Shown one piece after another: positions 53,348 through 64,000 of a stretch of 64,000 nt of DNA. The stretch is from assembly GCA_017499595.2 (NCBI GenBank), contig CM039001.1, positions 2,356,001-2,420,000 on the forward strand. The letters run 5' to 3'. Position numbers and translations under genes: made by a program. How positions within the stretch are numbered: the stretch's first letter is position 1; the number at the start of each line of letters is the position of its first letter. The notes beneath the pieces were generated by a model that worked only from the letters and a program-made list of their open reading frames with translations, was not told where the DNA came from and did no database searches. Source of the stretch: Psilocybe cubensis. Lineage: Eukaryota.

Positions 53348-53686
53348 AGGCCGTGGGAAGATGCAATTTTCAGGGGTCCAAATGGGGCGAAGGAGTGGAG
53401 CGGGATTGAATTTGAAACTCCGCGCAAGAGAGGGAGGGACGGGGGATGAAGCGGGGAGAAGGAGTGTGGGCTATGAGTCTGGTAGTGGAGACTGGGAGTC
53501 TAAATAGGCGAGGAGGGAAAAGGGAGAAGAGGCAAGGTATGACGCAAGAATGACGCCGGGAGAAAGCCAGGCACGGAGTGATGGAAAGAGGAAGATCAAA
53601 TAGCAACAAATAGCACAGTGGAATATAACCTGTCTACGTCAGCAGTCGTCATTCTGTTTAGGACCCCCACCGACGTCGTCACAGTC

Positions 53687-55218
53687 ATGTCTCCAAAGAG
53701 CCCCTCGCCATCCGCCGACGACTCCAATCCACGCGCTGCCCCCCGCCCAGCGACTCGCCAGACCCGGTCCGACTTTTATCTCGAGCCAAACCCGTTTGAA
53801 GAGTCGTTCAAGGCGCCCTCTGCAGCTGCCTCCAATGTCCGCAACTCCTCCCCGCCCCGCGATTCCTCCTCCGCCCAGGACTCCCGCCCCGACGACCCCG
53901 AGCGGCCCCAGTCCCGCTCCCAGTCCCGCTCCTCCCACCAGCGCAGCGCCTCTCCCTCCCGGCCCGTGCTGCCCCCGCTCGCGTCTATCTCGTCGCCCGC
54001 GGACTCGTCCTACTCGTGGGGCTACAACCCCAACTCGATCAACTCCCTCAGGTCCGGCCCACTCTCTCCCGCCATGCTCGCTGGTCCCCAGCCATCCACC
54101 GACCAGTCACACCTCGCCTTCGATCCCGCCAACTTCCGCACCGGCCTCACTCCCCGCACTGGTCTCACCCCTAGGACGGGTCTCACCCCCGGCACTGGTC
54201 TGACGCCCCTCGTCGGCGCCTTTCCCGCCTCTCCCGGCACCGCAGCCTTCCTTGCCATCATGAATGGCAACAACCCCAACGGTGCGCCCTCTGGTGCTAC
54301 CATTACCCCCAACACGCTCAATGCTATCACAGGCGTCCTCAACAACAGCAATACCTACCAGTCTTCCGCTCTCCACCACCAGCCACAGCCCAACCAGGAC
54401 AATCCCTCTTCCGCATATATTCCTACCGCTGCCAATGCTGCCAGCTCTGCCGCTAATGGTCTTTTCCTCCTTTCCCAGGCCCATCAGGAGCTCACAAAGC
54501 GTGAGGAGGCCCAGGCGCGTGCTAGCAATTCCACAGCTGCTGCCGCCGCCGCCGCCGCTGCTGCTTCTGCCAATGGCCCCCCCAACGGTAAGCGAGGCGC
54601 TAAGCGCAAATCCTATGACGCCATGTCCCCTCCCCCCACATCGGCTACCACAAAGCCTCCCGGTAAGCGCACCCGCGCTGCTGCTGCAAACGGCAGATAC
54701 AAGTCCAGTGTCCGTGGCGCTTCGGAGGATGTCGATGACGATGACGACGAGGGTGATGATGACGATGGCCCCGATGCTGATGAGAACGACGATGCTGCCA
54801 GCAAGCGCATCAACAAAAAGCCAGAGACCGAAGAGGAGAAGAGAAAAAATTTCCTGGAACGAAATCGTCAAGGTATTTGCTTATTCATTCTTATCGCTTC
54901 CCCAGTTCATCTCAGCCACCTTCAGCCGCTCTCAAGTGTCGACAACGGAAAAAGGCATGGCTTGCCCAGCTTCAGGCAAAGGTTGAATACCTTTCCCAGG
55001 AAAATGAGCGTCTAACCGCTGCTCTCATTTCTTCGAGAGACGAGATCTCTCGGCTATCTGCCCTAGTAGGCGGAGCAGGCGTCGTCGGCTCCATACCGGC
55101 AAACACTCATTCAAGTTCTCAACCCGTCAGTGTGAATGTCGCCCTGGCTGGCAAAGCGAACGGTGCCGCCGCTGTCTCAGGCCCAGGCGGTGGGCGATCA
55201 TCTGGTTACGGCTACTGA
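53687..55218 (+). CDS. atf1: ATF/CREB-family bZIP transcription factor Atf1/AtfA
   Basis: LEPNPFEESF, SLRSGPLSPAMLAGP, tandem RTGLTP repeats, NGLFLLSQA and bZIP ETEEEKRKNFLERNRQ|AALKCRQRKKAWLAQLQAKVEYL. Confidence 0.92.
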
Positions 55219-55955
55219 AAACTTTTTTTCCTGGTTTCATTCTCAGTATGGCCTGACAACATTTTCACATGTGTTTTATCCGCCATATCTTTCCGGATCC
55301 ATAAAATCATTGGGTCTGCGCGACAGGCTGTCTGCCTGCTCACTCGCGACCAAAATCATATACCGGCCCCAATTTTTCACGTCTAGTACGACATGTTCAT
55401 GAAAAAATTGTACTTACTACCACTCTACCCCGATGTACTCATAATACGTAACATCCCTCTCTCTCTCCCTCTCTCTGCTATTCATCCACTTTTTTGTACT
55501 CTCTTTGGGCGGTGGACAATATTGGCGCATACAAGTAGCTTTAGCTTGCTTTTTTTCACTCATCCAATCCTGCGCAAGTTTATCGTACGGATTGTGCTGT
55601 TTACATGTTTCTAGTCCGTCGGCCCAGGGCGCACACACGTTGTCCTAACACGCTTTTTTTTTTGGAGCATAGGCGACGGACGGAAATTTTTTCTTCTTTG
55701 TTTTATGCTCGCATTTTTTGTTTAAAATTTCATTTAAGTGCTCTATGTAGACTGTATCAACTAGATCATACATCTTAACGAATGAAATACAAAAACAATG
55801 TATAACACAAATCTCCCGCAGAAGAAAAAAACAAAAATGAGGGTAGCCTGGGTAGCCCCTAGATTTGCATCTTGCATTTTTTTTGCCGCATCATTTCCGC
55901 ATTGGGGTGACGTACGCGTGCTAAACCTCAATTGTCGACAACACCGACGGCGCAT

Positions 55956-56654
55956 TAGGGACCTTCAGAATTGAAATACGACCCGACTAGTCGGTCGTAT
56001 TTCGACGCCACCGATTTGATGATTCGAAGTCCGACTGTGCTTGGCCTTGTCTTGGACTGTCACTTCTATGTCACTCCCAATGACGTAGACAGCGTAGATA
56101 ATATTTAATCTACGTAGATTGTTGAATAGGCATTGAGCGATACTAAGAAAAAATGGCAAGGGGAAACAGAGATGGGGGTTGATGAGACCGAATCAATGCT
56201 TGCTTCTTATACTCTCATTTCAGTATTGACGTGTTTGGTGCATCTCCTGTGTGGTTAGAGAATTAAACAATGATTAAACAAACAAAATGTGTTTCTATGT
56301 GTTGCGAAAATGTCCTCTGGAGGTGCTGTTACAGCAGTATCTAAATTACAGGCACTGATGAGTGAAATATTTCATATCATCAGTCCTTGATCATGCAAAC
56401 AAGACCAGAAAGACGGTCAGTACTTCATGGAGAGCAAAATCTTAATAGTCTAATATATACAGGCATGAAATGAAAGCCTCCATAGGAATGGTGATGGGGA
56501 GAGGATTGAAGATGGTGGAAGCCAGTGATAAGAGGGCCGCAATTCCGTCACATCAGTCACAAAGCGGACCTTGAACTTTGACTTACTAAGCGTAATTGGA
56601 CAGGGCCAAATACGACCGACTAGTCGGGTCGTATTTCAATTCTGAAGGTCCCTA
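55956..56654. mobile_element. Non-autonomous DNA transposon (MITE-like), about 700 bp, with 47-bp perfect terminal inverted repeats
   Basis: TAGGGACCTTCAGAATTGAAATACGACCCGACTAGTCGGTCGTATTT at 55956-56002 is the exact reverse complement of 56608-56654. The outermost TA may be a TA target-site duplication. No transposase ORF inside. Confidence 0.85.
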
Positions 56655-58260
56655 TTGTCATTTGTCACAACCTTATTTTGGTCTTGCTCCTTCTCGTCCG
56701 GAGGGGAGTGAACGCGTCCATCGCATAACGTCCATATTGTTCGAGACGACACCCAGACTACGGACTACATGTTGGACGGACGCCGCAATATACCTTGTGA
56801 AAGAATGTATTCTCCCTTTTGGCTTTGCCTTTTTTGAAGTTGAACAGACTAGGCCTCAGTATTAGTATTACTATTACTATTAGTAAAGGCTGGGCGAAAC
56901 GTCAAAAGAATCGTTTGGTTACAAAGTTCAAACTATCTCGTAAGTGCTTCGTTATGTCTAAGGAAGGCCTTTGTGAATTGTGGCTGTATCTAATAGCAAT
57001 ATCTATTCCGCAGAAGTGTGAGACTGAGACTGAGCAGTGAGAGGCCTCGGTCCTGTCTACGATTCTATTCAAAGTTGGTTGACGGACGGACGGACAAGTG
57101 TTGGACACGAAACACTCTCCACTAATGTTCTGGATCGCATCCAAATTATAACGAGCAATGCGCCGTTATCGGCCATTTCACCCTTTGCATTTTCGAACTC
57201 TTTTTTCGACGAGCGGATTCAACGGAAGGGAGATCCGTTCCTTTCAATATGAATCTTTGATTCAAAAACATTCACAATTGAATCGTTTGTCTTTCGACAA
57301 CCGCCGCGGCCAAGGCTGGTACGTACTGTAACTGCCCTGTCAGAAATGTGCGCGTATAGCGGCATACTACGTATGTATACAGACACTTTAGAAACCGTTT
57401 GCTTGCGATTGGACGGGTTTTCTCCGACTTTCGCCTCCAAACATCCAACCAGCTGATCGAGTTTCTTCGAAAACTCATCATGTCCCCTGCCGGATTGTCC
57501 ATTCTCTCTTGGCAATGTTGGCATCGCCCAATGACAATCGGACGCTTTGCATGGACAGTAAAGGACAGTACTTTATTTCCCCGAGGCACTATCTCCGCTT
57601 TTCTGCGCCATCAAAATTTTGCCTCCATCCAGACCGTGAATTGTATTGCGCTTTGAGGATCCTGTGCCCTTTTCTGGAGAGTGTGGTACGGTTTGCTTCC
57701 GTGTGGAGGTGGAGTATCTGTCATTTCCTATGTCAACGTCTAATTTCACTGTTGATGTTTTGGTATGTCAAAGAGGCCAATGTTGTTGATGTCGTTAATT
57801 TATGTCTACCAATAGCAGCGCGACTTGGGATGCAAAAGATGCTTTATCGTATCTGATAATATGCTGTGTGGATTGTTCTCAGACAACTTATCTCCTTGAA
57901 CCGCTGATGTATCATTCCTCTGTGAGTGGCATTCTCTCTTTCTCTCTCTCCGCTCTTACCACACCGCATTTAGCTTGGGTATTCTAATCCTCCATGGTTC
58001 GTGTATGAATCGCTTTTTTGACTGACTTGCAGATTTCCCACAAGTCTATGTCCAGAATCTAATCTGACAAAATCCATTTTTACTTTATGATGGGGTTACA
58101 ATGTGATCCGTGCTTGTGCAAACACTTCCCCAAGCATCGAAAAATCACACCTGGGTTCAGCCAACGCACCAGCAACTCGGAATCAACTGCGGCGCCTGGA
58201 CAATTCTCGAGGTTGCGCTCCGTGGCCAGGCGTTCTAAGACAAAACCCTCGAATGTCGAC

Positions 58261-58342
58261 TGCAATAAGTTTAACGCTCTCCGTTGTACCGCTTTTCGAT
58301 CTAATGCAATAAGTTTAACGCTCTCCGTTGTACCGCTTTTCG
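58261..58342. repeat. Direct tandem duplication: two identical 38-bp copies with 44-bp period
   Basis: TGCAATAAGTTTAACGCTCTCCGTTGTACCGCTTTTCG at 58261-58298 and 58305-58342, separated by ATCTAA. Confidence 0.9.
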
Positions 58343-61227
58343 CTTTAGATCGAATGTAATAGAGTCCAAAACATCATCTCATCTGCCAATCGGTGCGTTT
58401 TTTACTAAATCTATTTATGAAAAATTGATTTTGTCAGTGACCGCCCTGTTTAGAACTGCGCTTTTTGGCGATGCCCCTCTCGTACGGTTCGCAATACAGC
58501 GTGCATACACTTGCGTGTTTTGGTAGTCGCTGAGACGCCATTTTTATTTCGGATAATGGGTAATCACAACAGGCTGATGACTGAACAATCAAGTTGAAGA
58601 CGTGAATTTTGGCTGGATCATGATGTTCACTTCATGAATACCCACTCGCCCTTAGTGTTGTCCCTGATGCCGGTATACTGTGCTGCGTTATACATACGAT
58701 ACCCGATGGCCTCGACACCGCTGGCTAGGCAGGCCCAACGGTTTACGAGACTGCATCTCCTGTGCAGTTGTGGAGCATCAATTCTTTAACGTTTTCTTTT
58801 TGTTATTTAGAAAACATCAAGCACATTGTTCCTGGATCTTGTCGATAAGACTAGGATCCGAATCATCTTTATTTTTTCCTCTGAGGAAGGCTTCCACCTA
58901 AACACCATCGCCCGTCGCACTTTGCACTTTGCAATTTACCAAATGTTCTCCACACAAGCGGCAGTGCGTCTCTTGTGCATTATCACACTTATGGAAGCAT
59001 TAACCGAATTGATCATGCGTACAGCATCTACGGTGGCTTTTGTAGTCAAAAATATACCGCTTGTGCATGAAAATGAAAAGATCAGGCATAACCACCACTC
59101 GGATGCGATTCCAATGTCTGCTCCTAAAATAAATCGTGATCCCATGACATTGACCTTGAATTTGGCAGGATATTCACTTGGAAATAACGAGTCCTTGGGC
59201 CCACCGATTCTCGACGTTTCTCACTGTGCATTTGCGCCTATTAACGGTTCAGTGCTTATCCAACAGTGGTGTGGAAAATGACACCCGGTAGGCGCTCAAC
59301 GTCGTCCAAATTAAAAATTCAAGTTCAAAATGTGAAAAAGCAAAAACCTAGAAATATAAATGTGGCGAATGGTGGCGTCAGTGGTGCTCCCCCAACACGG
59401 ATCGTCTCGCCATCTATTTACCCGCAAAGATATGTAAAGCATTACTTTTTGAAGGGCTTCTAGCACCCGTGACGAAAAAATTTAAGCCAACCATCTGTCG
59501 TGGCTTCCACCTTCTTAAATTCCTCGAACATTGTGGAAGGTTTCGCGAGAATACGGCCCGCATATGTTTAACTCGTGATTCGTCTGTGGAGCTAGTACTC
59601 CGCTTTGTCGACAAATTGCTGCACACGATGTCGTACTTGGGGTGCTGAATGCTGCATCCGTCGCTATTGCCTACTCTGGGTGAGCATGAAGCATGAATAG
59701 CTTGTAGCTACTCCTCGTTGCTATTCACGCTTCAGACATGCTTCAGAATTTCCACCTTCTCGCTATCGGAGTCGCTCTAAGGCTGCATAAAATCCTCCTT
59801 TCAGCAATTCTACTCGCGTTTTTTGCCTCAAAAACATCTGTTTTATAAATGGCTAAATATTCCAGAAGCCTCGGACTGGCATCGTTCTGTTATGCTTCTT
59901 ACCTGGAACATCGACCCCGCATCACATATGCATTCCGGTCCGTAATGTAACCCGTCCAACGGAAAGGCGGTTTGCCAAACGTGACGGTTGGCGATCGAAC
60001 AATTGTTGAACACAGTGCTGGTGGTGGTCAGGGCCCTTGTAAGTAAATATCAGTTACTCCCTCCATTGCTGCAGCTTCAAGTCAATCAAACGTTATAAAG
60101 CATTTGGCGAGCCTGCTTGAGATTTTGCGACGACGGTTTAATCTATCAGCGCACACAACTTCACCACCGACCCTCCGATGCATTAAAGACCGGTAGTGAT
60201 ATTGTTCGTGACCCCGAATATTCTTTGTATATGCCGGGCGGATTCAATAATTTGCTGATCCCCAGAAGTGATTGGTAATGGTGAGTAAGCTCCAACGATT
60301 TTCACTAGCCCGATAAGTGAATATCACGATAGGCGCCCAGGCAGCCAAGACAGAGACCAATGTATTCGACACTTCAATCGCCAAAAACATAGAATGACGA
60401 CTTGAAACTATGTCTGCGGCTCTTTGTCCCAATAAACAATTTGCATTACACATACACGTGCATGCACCCGTCAAGGCGGGCGAGCAGGGCACAGTAAAAC
60501 TGAGGCGACTTTAGCTCTGTTGCTTGCGCGGATGCTGAAAGCAAAAAATCTCAGTGGCCTTAGTTGTCAGCTGACATTCGACAAAGGAGTCGAAAGACCC
60601 CTGGACTTTCATTTCGAGAGATGGGGACAGGTTCAAATTTCAAGTTTTCCGTAGAAGTCCTTGTAGATCCGAGTTACGACTTTGTAACATACAAAATTAT
60701 AGAACCATATGTCTTTTTGTGAGCCAACGCAACATTTTTGAGCTTCATAAACCAAAATGGGAAGGTTGGCTGTACATTCAATGACGGCGCGTTTTGCCAC
60801 TTGGACACCGGCGAAATGTTATCGAGCGAACGTTTTGACACTCATGACGAACGAATTCCAGCTGGCATACGCTGTTCTGAGCCTTCTCAACTTCCTCACG
60901 CTTTTTGGAAACCGAGCCCACACGCAGCCATACGCTCAATGGTATACGGTCCGAAATTAACCACCCGCGTGATTTGTGTGGACCTAGCAAACTGCTTCTT
61001 GAAGATTCCAAGTTTGATCTGTTGCAGAAAGGTGTAGTACCTGACTAAAAAATGGCAGAACTTGGATGACAAAAGCCGCTCTACCAGAGCGCCCTTGACC
61101 CCCACTCGTCACGAATCAACAGAAATAGAACTTTTTCAGGCTTCTGTTGCTTTTGAAAAATGTATAAAATGACGTAGATTCGAGGTGGGGTCGTACAACT
61201 TGTAACGACAAGTCTCTCTCTTCTGCT

Positions 61228-63698
61228 ATGGCCAAGCTTCAAGTCGGCGTTGTGGCGAGTATCATGGTCTTGTGCCTTCTGCGCAAGACCTCTGCTTTCA
61301 CATATACCTTCCCGGACTGCACTGTGGCCCCACTCAAGGGAAACGCAGTATGCGACACCTCCAAGGACGCAACCACTCGCGCTCGTGCAATCATTGAGCA
61401 GTTTACAGTGGACGAACTGATGGCGAATACCGTAAACTTGTCACCAGGTGTGCCTCGCCTTGGACTTCCGTCATATCAATGGTGGTCAGAAGCATTGGTA
61501 AAGCTTTTCATTCGCAAAATTGTTATTCTTTCTAACCATCTTGGAATGTAGCACGGAGTTGCTGGAAGTCCTGGAGTATTTTTTGCACCCTCAGGAAATT
61601 TCAGCTTCGCCACGTCGTTCCCTCAACCAATCGTCATGTCTGCTGCCTTCAACGACGAGCTGATCAAGGAAGTCGCCACTGTCATCAGTACTGAGGCACG
61701 AGCGTTCAACAACGGTGGTCGGGCAGGCATAGATTACTTCACTCCAAACATCAACCCTTTCAAGGACCCTCGGTGGGGAAGAGGACAAGAAACGCCTGGC
61801 GAAGATCCCTTCCGCATTCAACAATACGTCTTCAACCTTGTACAAGGGCTCCAGGGCGGACTTGACCCAAAGCCATACTACAAAATCATTGCCGACTGCA
61901 AACATTTTGCCGCATACGACCTCGAGAACTGGAATGGAAACAACCGCATGTCGTTCGACGCCGTGGTCACGCCTCAGGATCTCAGTGAATACTACTTGCC
62001 ACCCTTCCAGTCCTGCGTGCGCGACGCCAAAGTAGCATCAGTCATGTGCAGCTATAATTCGGTGAACGGCGTACCTTCATGTGCCAATTCGTACTTATTG
62101 CAATCCATCCTACGCGATCACTGGGGGTTCAACGACGACGGCCGATGGGTGACATCTGATTGCGATGCTGTGGACAACATCTTCAGTACTCACAAGTTCA
62201 CCGCCGATTACCCACACGCTGTAGCCGATGCTTTGAAGGCTGGTACCGATGTTGATTGCGGCACCGCCTATTCTTTGCATCTGCCAGACGCCTTCAACCA
62301 ATCCTTGATCACCAGGGACGACTTGGAGAAGGCGCTTGTTCGCCAATATTCGTCCCTTGTCCGGTGAGTAGACATTATTGTATATGCATACACCATTGCT
62401 GATAACGCTCACAAAAGCTTGGGCTATTTCGACTCTCCACAGGTTCAGCCATACAGACAACTATCATGGGCCGATGTGAACACACCCAACGCCCAAGCCC
62501 TCGCTCTTCAAGCAGCTGTAGAAGGGATCGTTTTGCTCAAAAACGACGGCACGTTGCCATTCAAAAATTCGATAAAGAAGATTGCCTTCATCGGACCTTA
62601 TGCCAATGCAACAACCTCATTGCAGGGCAATTATCAGGGAACCGCGCCATTCCTTGTCAGTCCCGTCCAGGGTGCTATTAACGAGGGCTTCAGCGCCACT
62701 TATACGCCAGGAACGACCATTTCGGGTAACTCGACAACTGGATTTGCGGCCGCCATAGCAGCCGCAAACGCCGCCGACGCAGTGGTATTTGCAGGTGGAA
62801 TTGACGAATCCGTAGAACGAGAAGGATTGGACCGCATGAGCATCACCTGGCCCGGCAATCAACTTGACCTCGTCAGTCAACTAGCTGCTCTCGGGAAACC
62901 ACTAGTCGTTATGCAGTTCGGAGGCGGTCAAGTCGACGGTTCTGCTCTGAAGAGTAACCCCAAAGTAAGTTAACTTTCTTAACTTGTTGAGAGATATATC
63001 CCTGACTGCGAGCACAGGTTAACTCTATTTTGTGGGCCGGTTACCCAGGTCAAAGTGGCGGAACAGCATTGGGACAAATCATAAGTGGAAAAGCAGCACC
63101 TGCTGGCCGTCTGGTTACAACCCAGTATCCCGCCGAATTCGTCAACCAGGTTGGAATGACCGACATGAACATCCGTCCAAGCACCTCCAATCCTGGTCGC
63201 ACATACAAATGGTACACGGGAACTCCAGTCTTCCAATTCGGCCACGGCCTCCACTTCACGTCGTTCGATTTGTCGTGGCAACATCAACCCAAGGCCAAAT
63301 ACCAAATTCCTAGAGGCCTCGGCAATGCGCCAGGTAGCACAACCGATCTCAAGGAATTTGACACCTTCACCGTCAACGTCAAGAACACAGGAAAGACAAC
63401 TTCGGACTACGTCGCTCTTCTATTCCTCAGCGGAACCGGAGGGCCCGCGCCGCTCCCCAACAAACAGCTGGTTTCCTACACGCGCCTGAGCCAAATCAAA
63501 GCAGGCGGGCAGAGCACTGCTAGTCTGAAGGTGACGCTCGGCTCAGTTGCTCGTGCGGATGCCAAAGGAAACCTATGGCTCTACCCTGGCTCTTATCAGC
63601 TGACAGTCGACACTGGGGTTGAAAGATCTCTGGTCCATGAGTTCGAGTTGGTAGGAGATGCAGTCCAAATTTCAAGCTTCCCCCAAAATTCCTCGTAG
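61228..63698 (+). CDS. Secreted glycoside hydrolase family 3 beta-xylosidase (BxlB/XlnD-like)
   Basis: Signal peptide, YQWWSEAL|HGVA, TPNINPFKDPRWGRGQETPGEDP, CKHFAAYD, VMCSYNSVNG, WVTSDCDAV (nucleophile Asp), WAGYPGQSGG and an Fn3-like C-terminus. Confidence 0.96.
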
Positions 63699-64000
63699 TT
63701 GACAAAATTGGGTCCATAAAAGTTGTATTTTGTAGTTGTATGTCGTGTAATCGCCATTTGCGTTATATTGGTTGCAAATGTTACAGAAGCAGATGGTGTG
63801 AGACTATAAAGAAGAAAACAAGGTGTCAAGCCAAGAAGGAAAGCTGGCCAGAGTAGTTTCGGCATTCGGCGTTTGCAGGAGCAAAAGGTCGGGAATTGCC
63901 GGTTGGCGGATTCTTGCTCTGGTTTCCTTCACGAAAGTTGTACAATCCATATCCCGCCCTTAGAGTGAGTAGGCCTATGCCGCACGCCAACCCTCCATAC

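Noticed and set aside
57399..57656. Small ORF ending in CIAL*, a possible CaaX pheromone precursor
   Set aside because: The annotated start is not ATG, it lacks the charged processing dipeptides and composition of basidiomycete pheromone precursors, and no receptor gene is nearby.
58261..58342. Repeat-spacer-repeat resembling a CRISPR array
   Set aside because: Only two copies with a 6-bp spacer in a eukaryotic genome with no cas genes. It is a simple tandem duplication.
59895..59910. CTTACCTGG, similar to the 5' end of U1 snRNA
   Set aside because: No ATA prefix, and no recognisable U1 stem-loops or Sm site downstream.

Overview
Eukaryotic, intron-rich, gene-dense fungal DNA. Short (~50-60 nt) GT-AG introns and the gene families present point to an Agaricomycete (mushroom-forming basidiomycete). 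I can reconstruct about 28 spliced protein-coding genes by hand. They include an MFS transporter, COA2-like, mitochondrial ribosomal proteins uS14m and uL11m, bZIP-DUF3425, RPB12, a G-patch protein, a two-RRM protein, GH128, a peroxisomal AhpD-like protein, an M28 aminopeptidase, a WD40 protein, an Rcf2-N/Rcf3-like protein, Inn1/Fic1, GH125, LEU1, MED10, RIC8, nucleolin/NSR1, Rab escort protein, a Con-6-like protein, DUF3445, Atf1 and a GH3 beta-xylosidase. No tRNA, rRNA or CRISPR was recognised. The most unusual items are: (1) a ~700-bp MITE-like element whose identical 47-bp terminal inverted repeats each contain a near-perfect palindrome; (2) an Atf1 gene with clustered CRE half-sites, 5 kb from a Con-6-like gene that carries a perfect CRE; (3) a ~1-kb intron in the DUF3445 gene; (4) two consecutive stop-free, in-frame introns in the G-patch gene; (5) an aminopeptidase whose metal-binding motifs are split by a 9-nt micro-exon and other introns. 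All product calls come from motif recognition, not database searches, and exon boundaries were read manually. I do not see unambiguous evidence for a wholly new multi-gene system.
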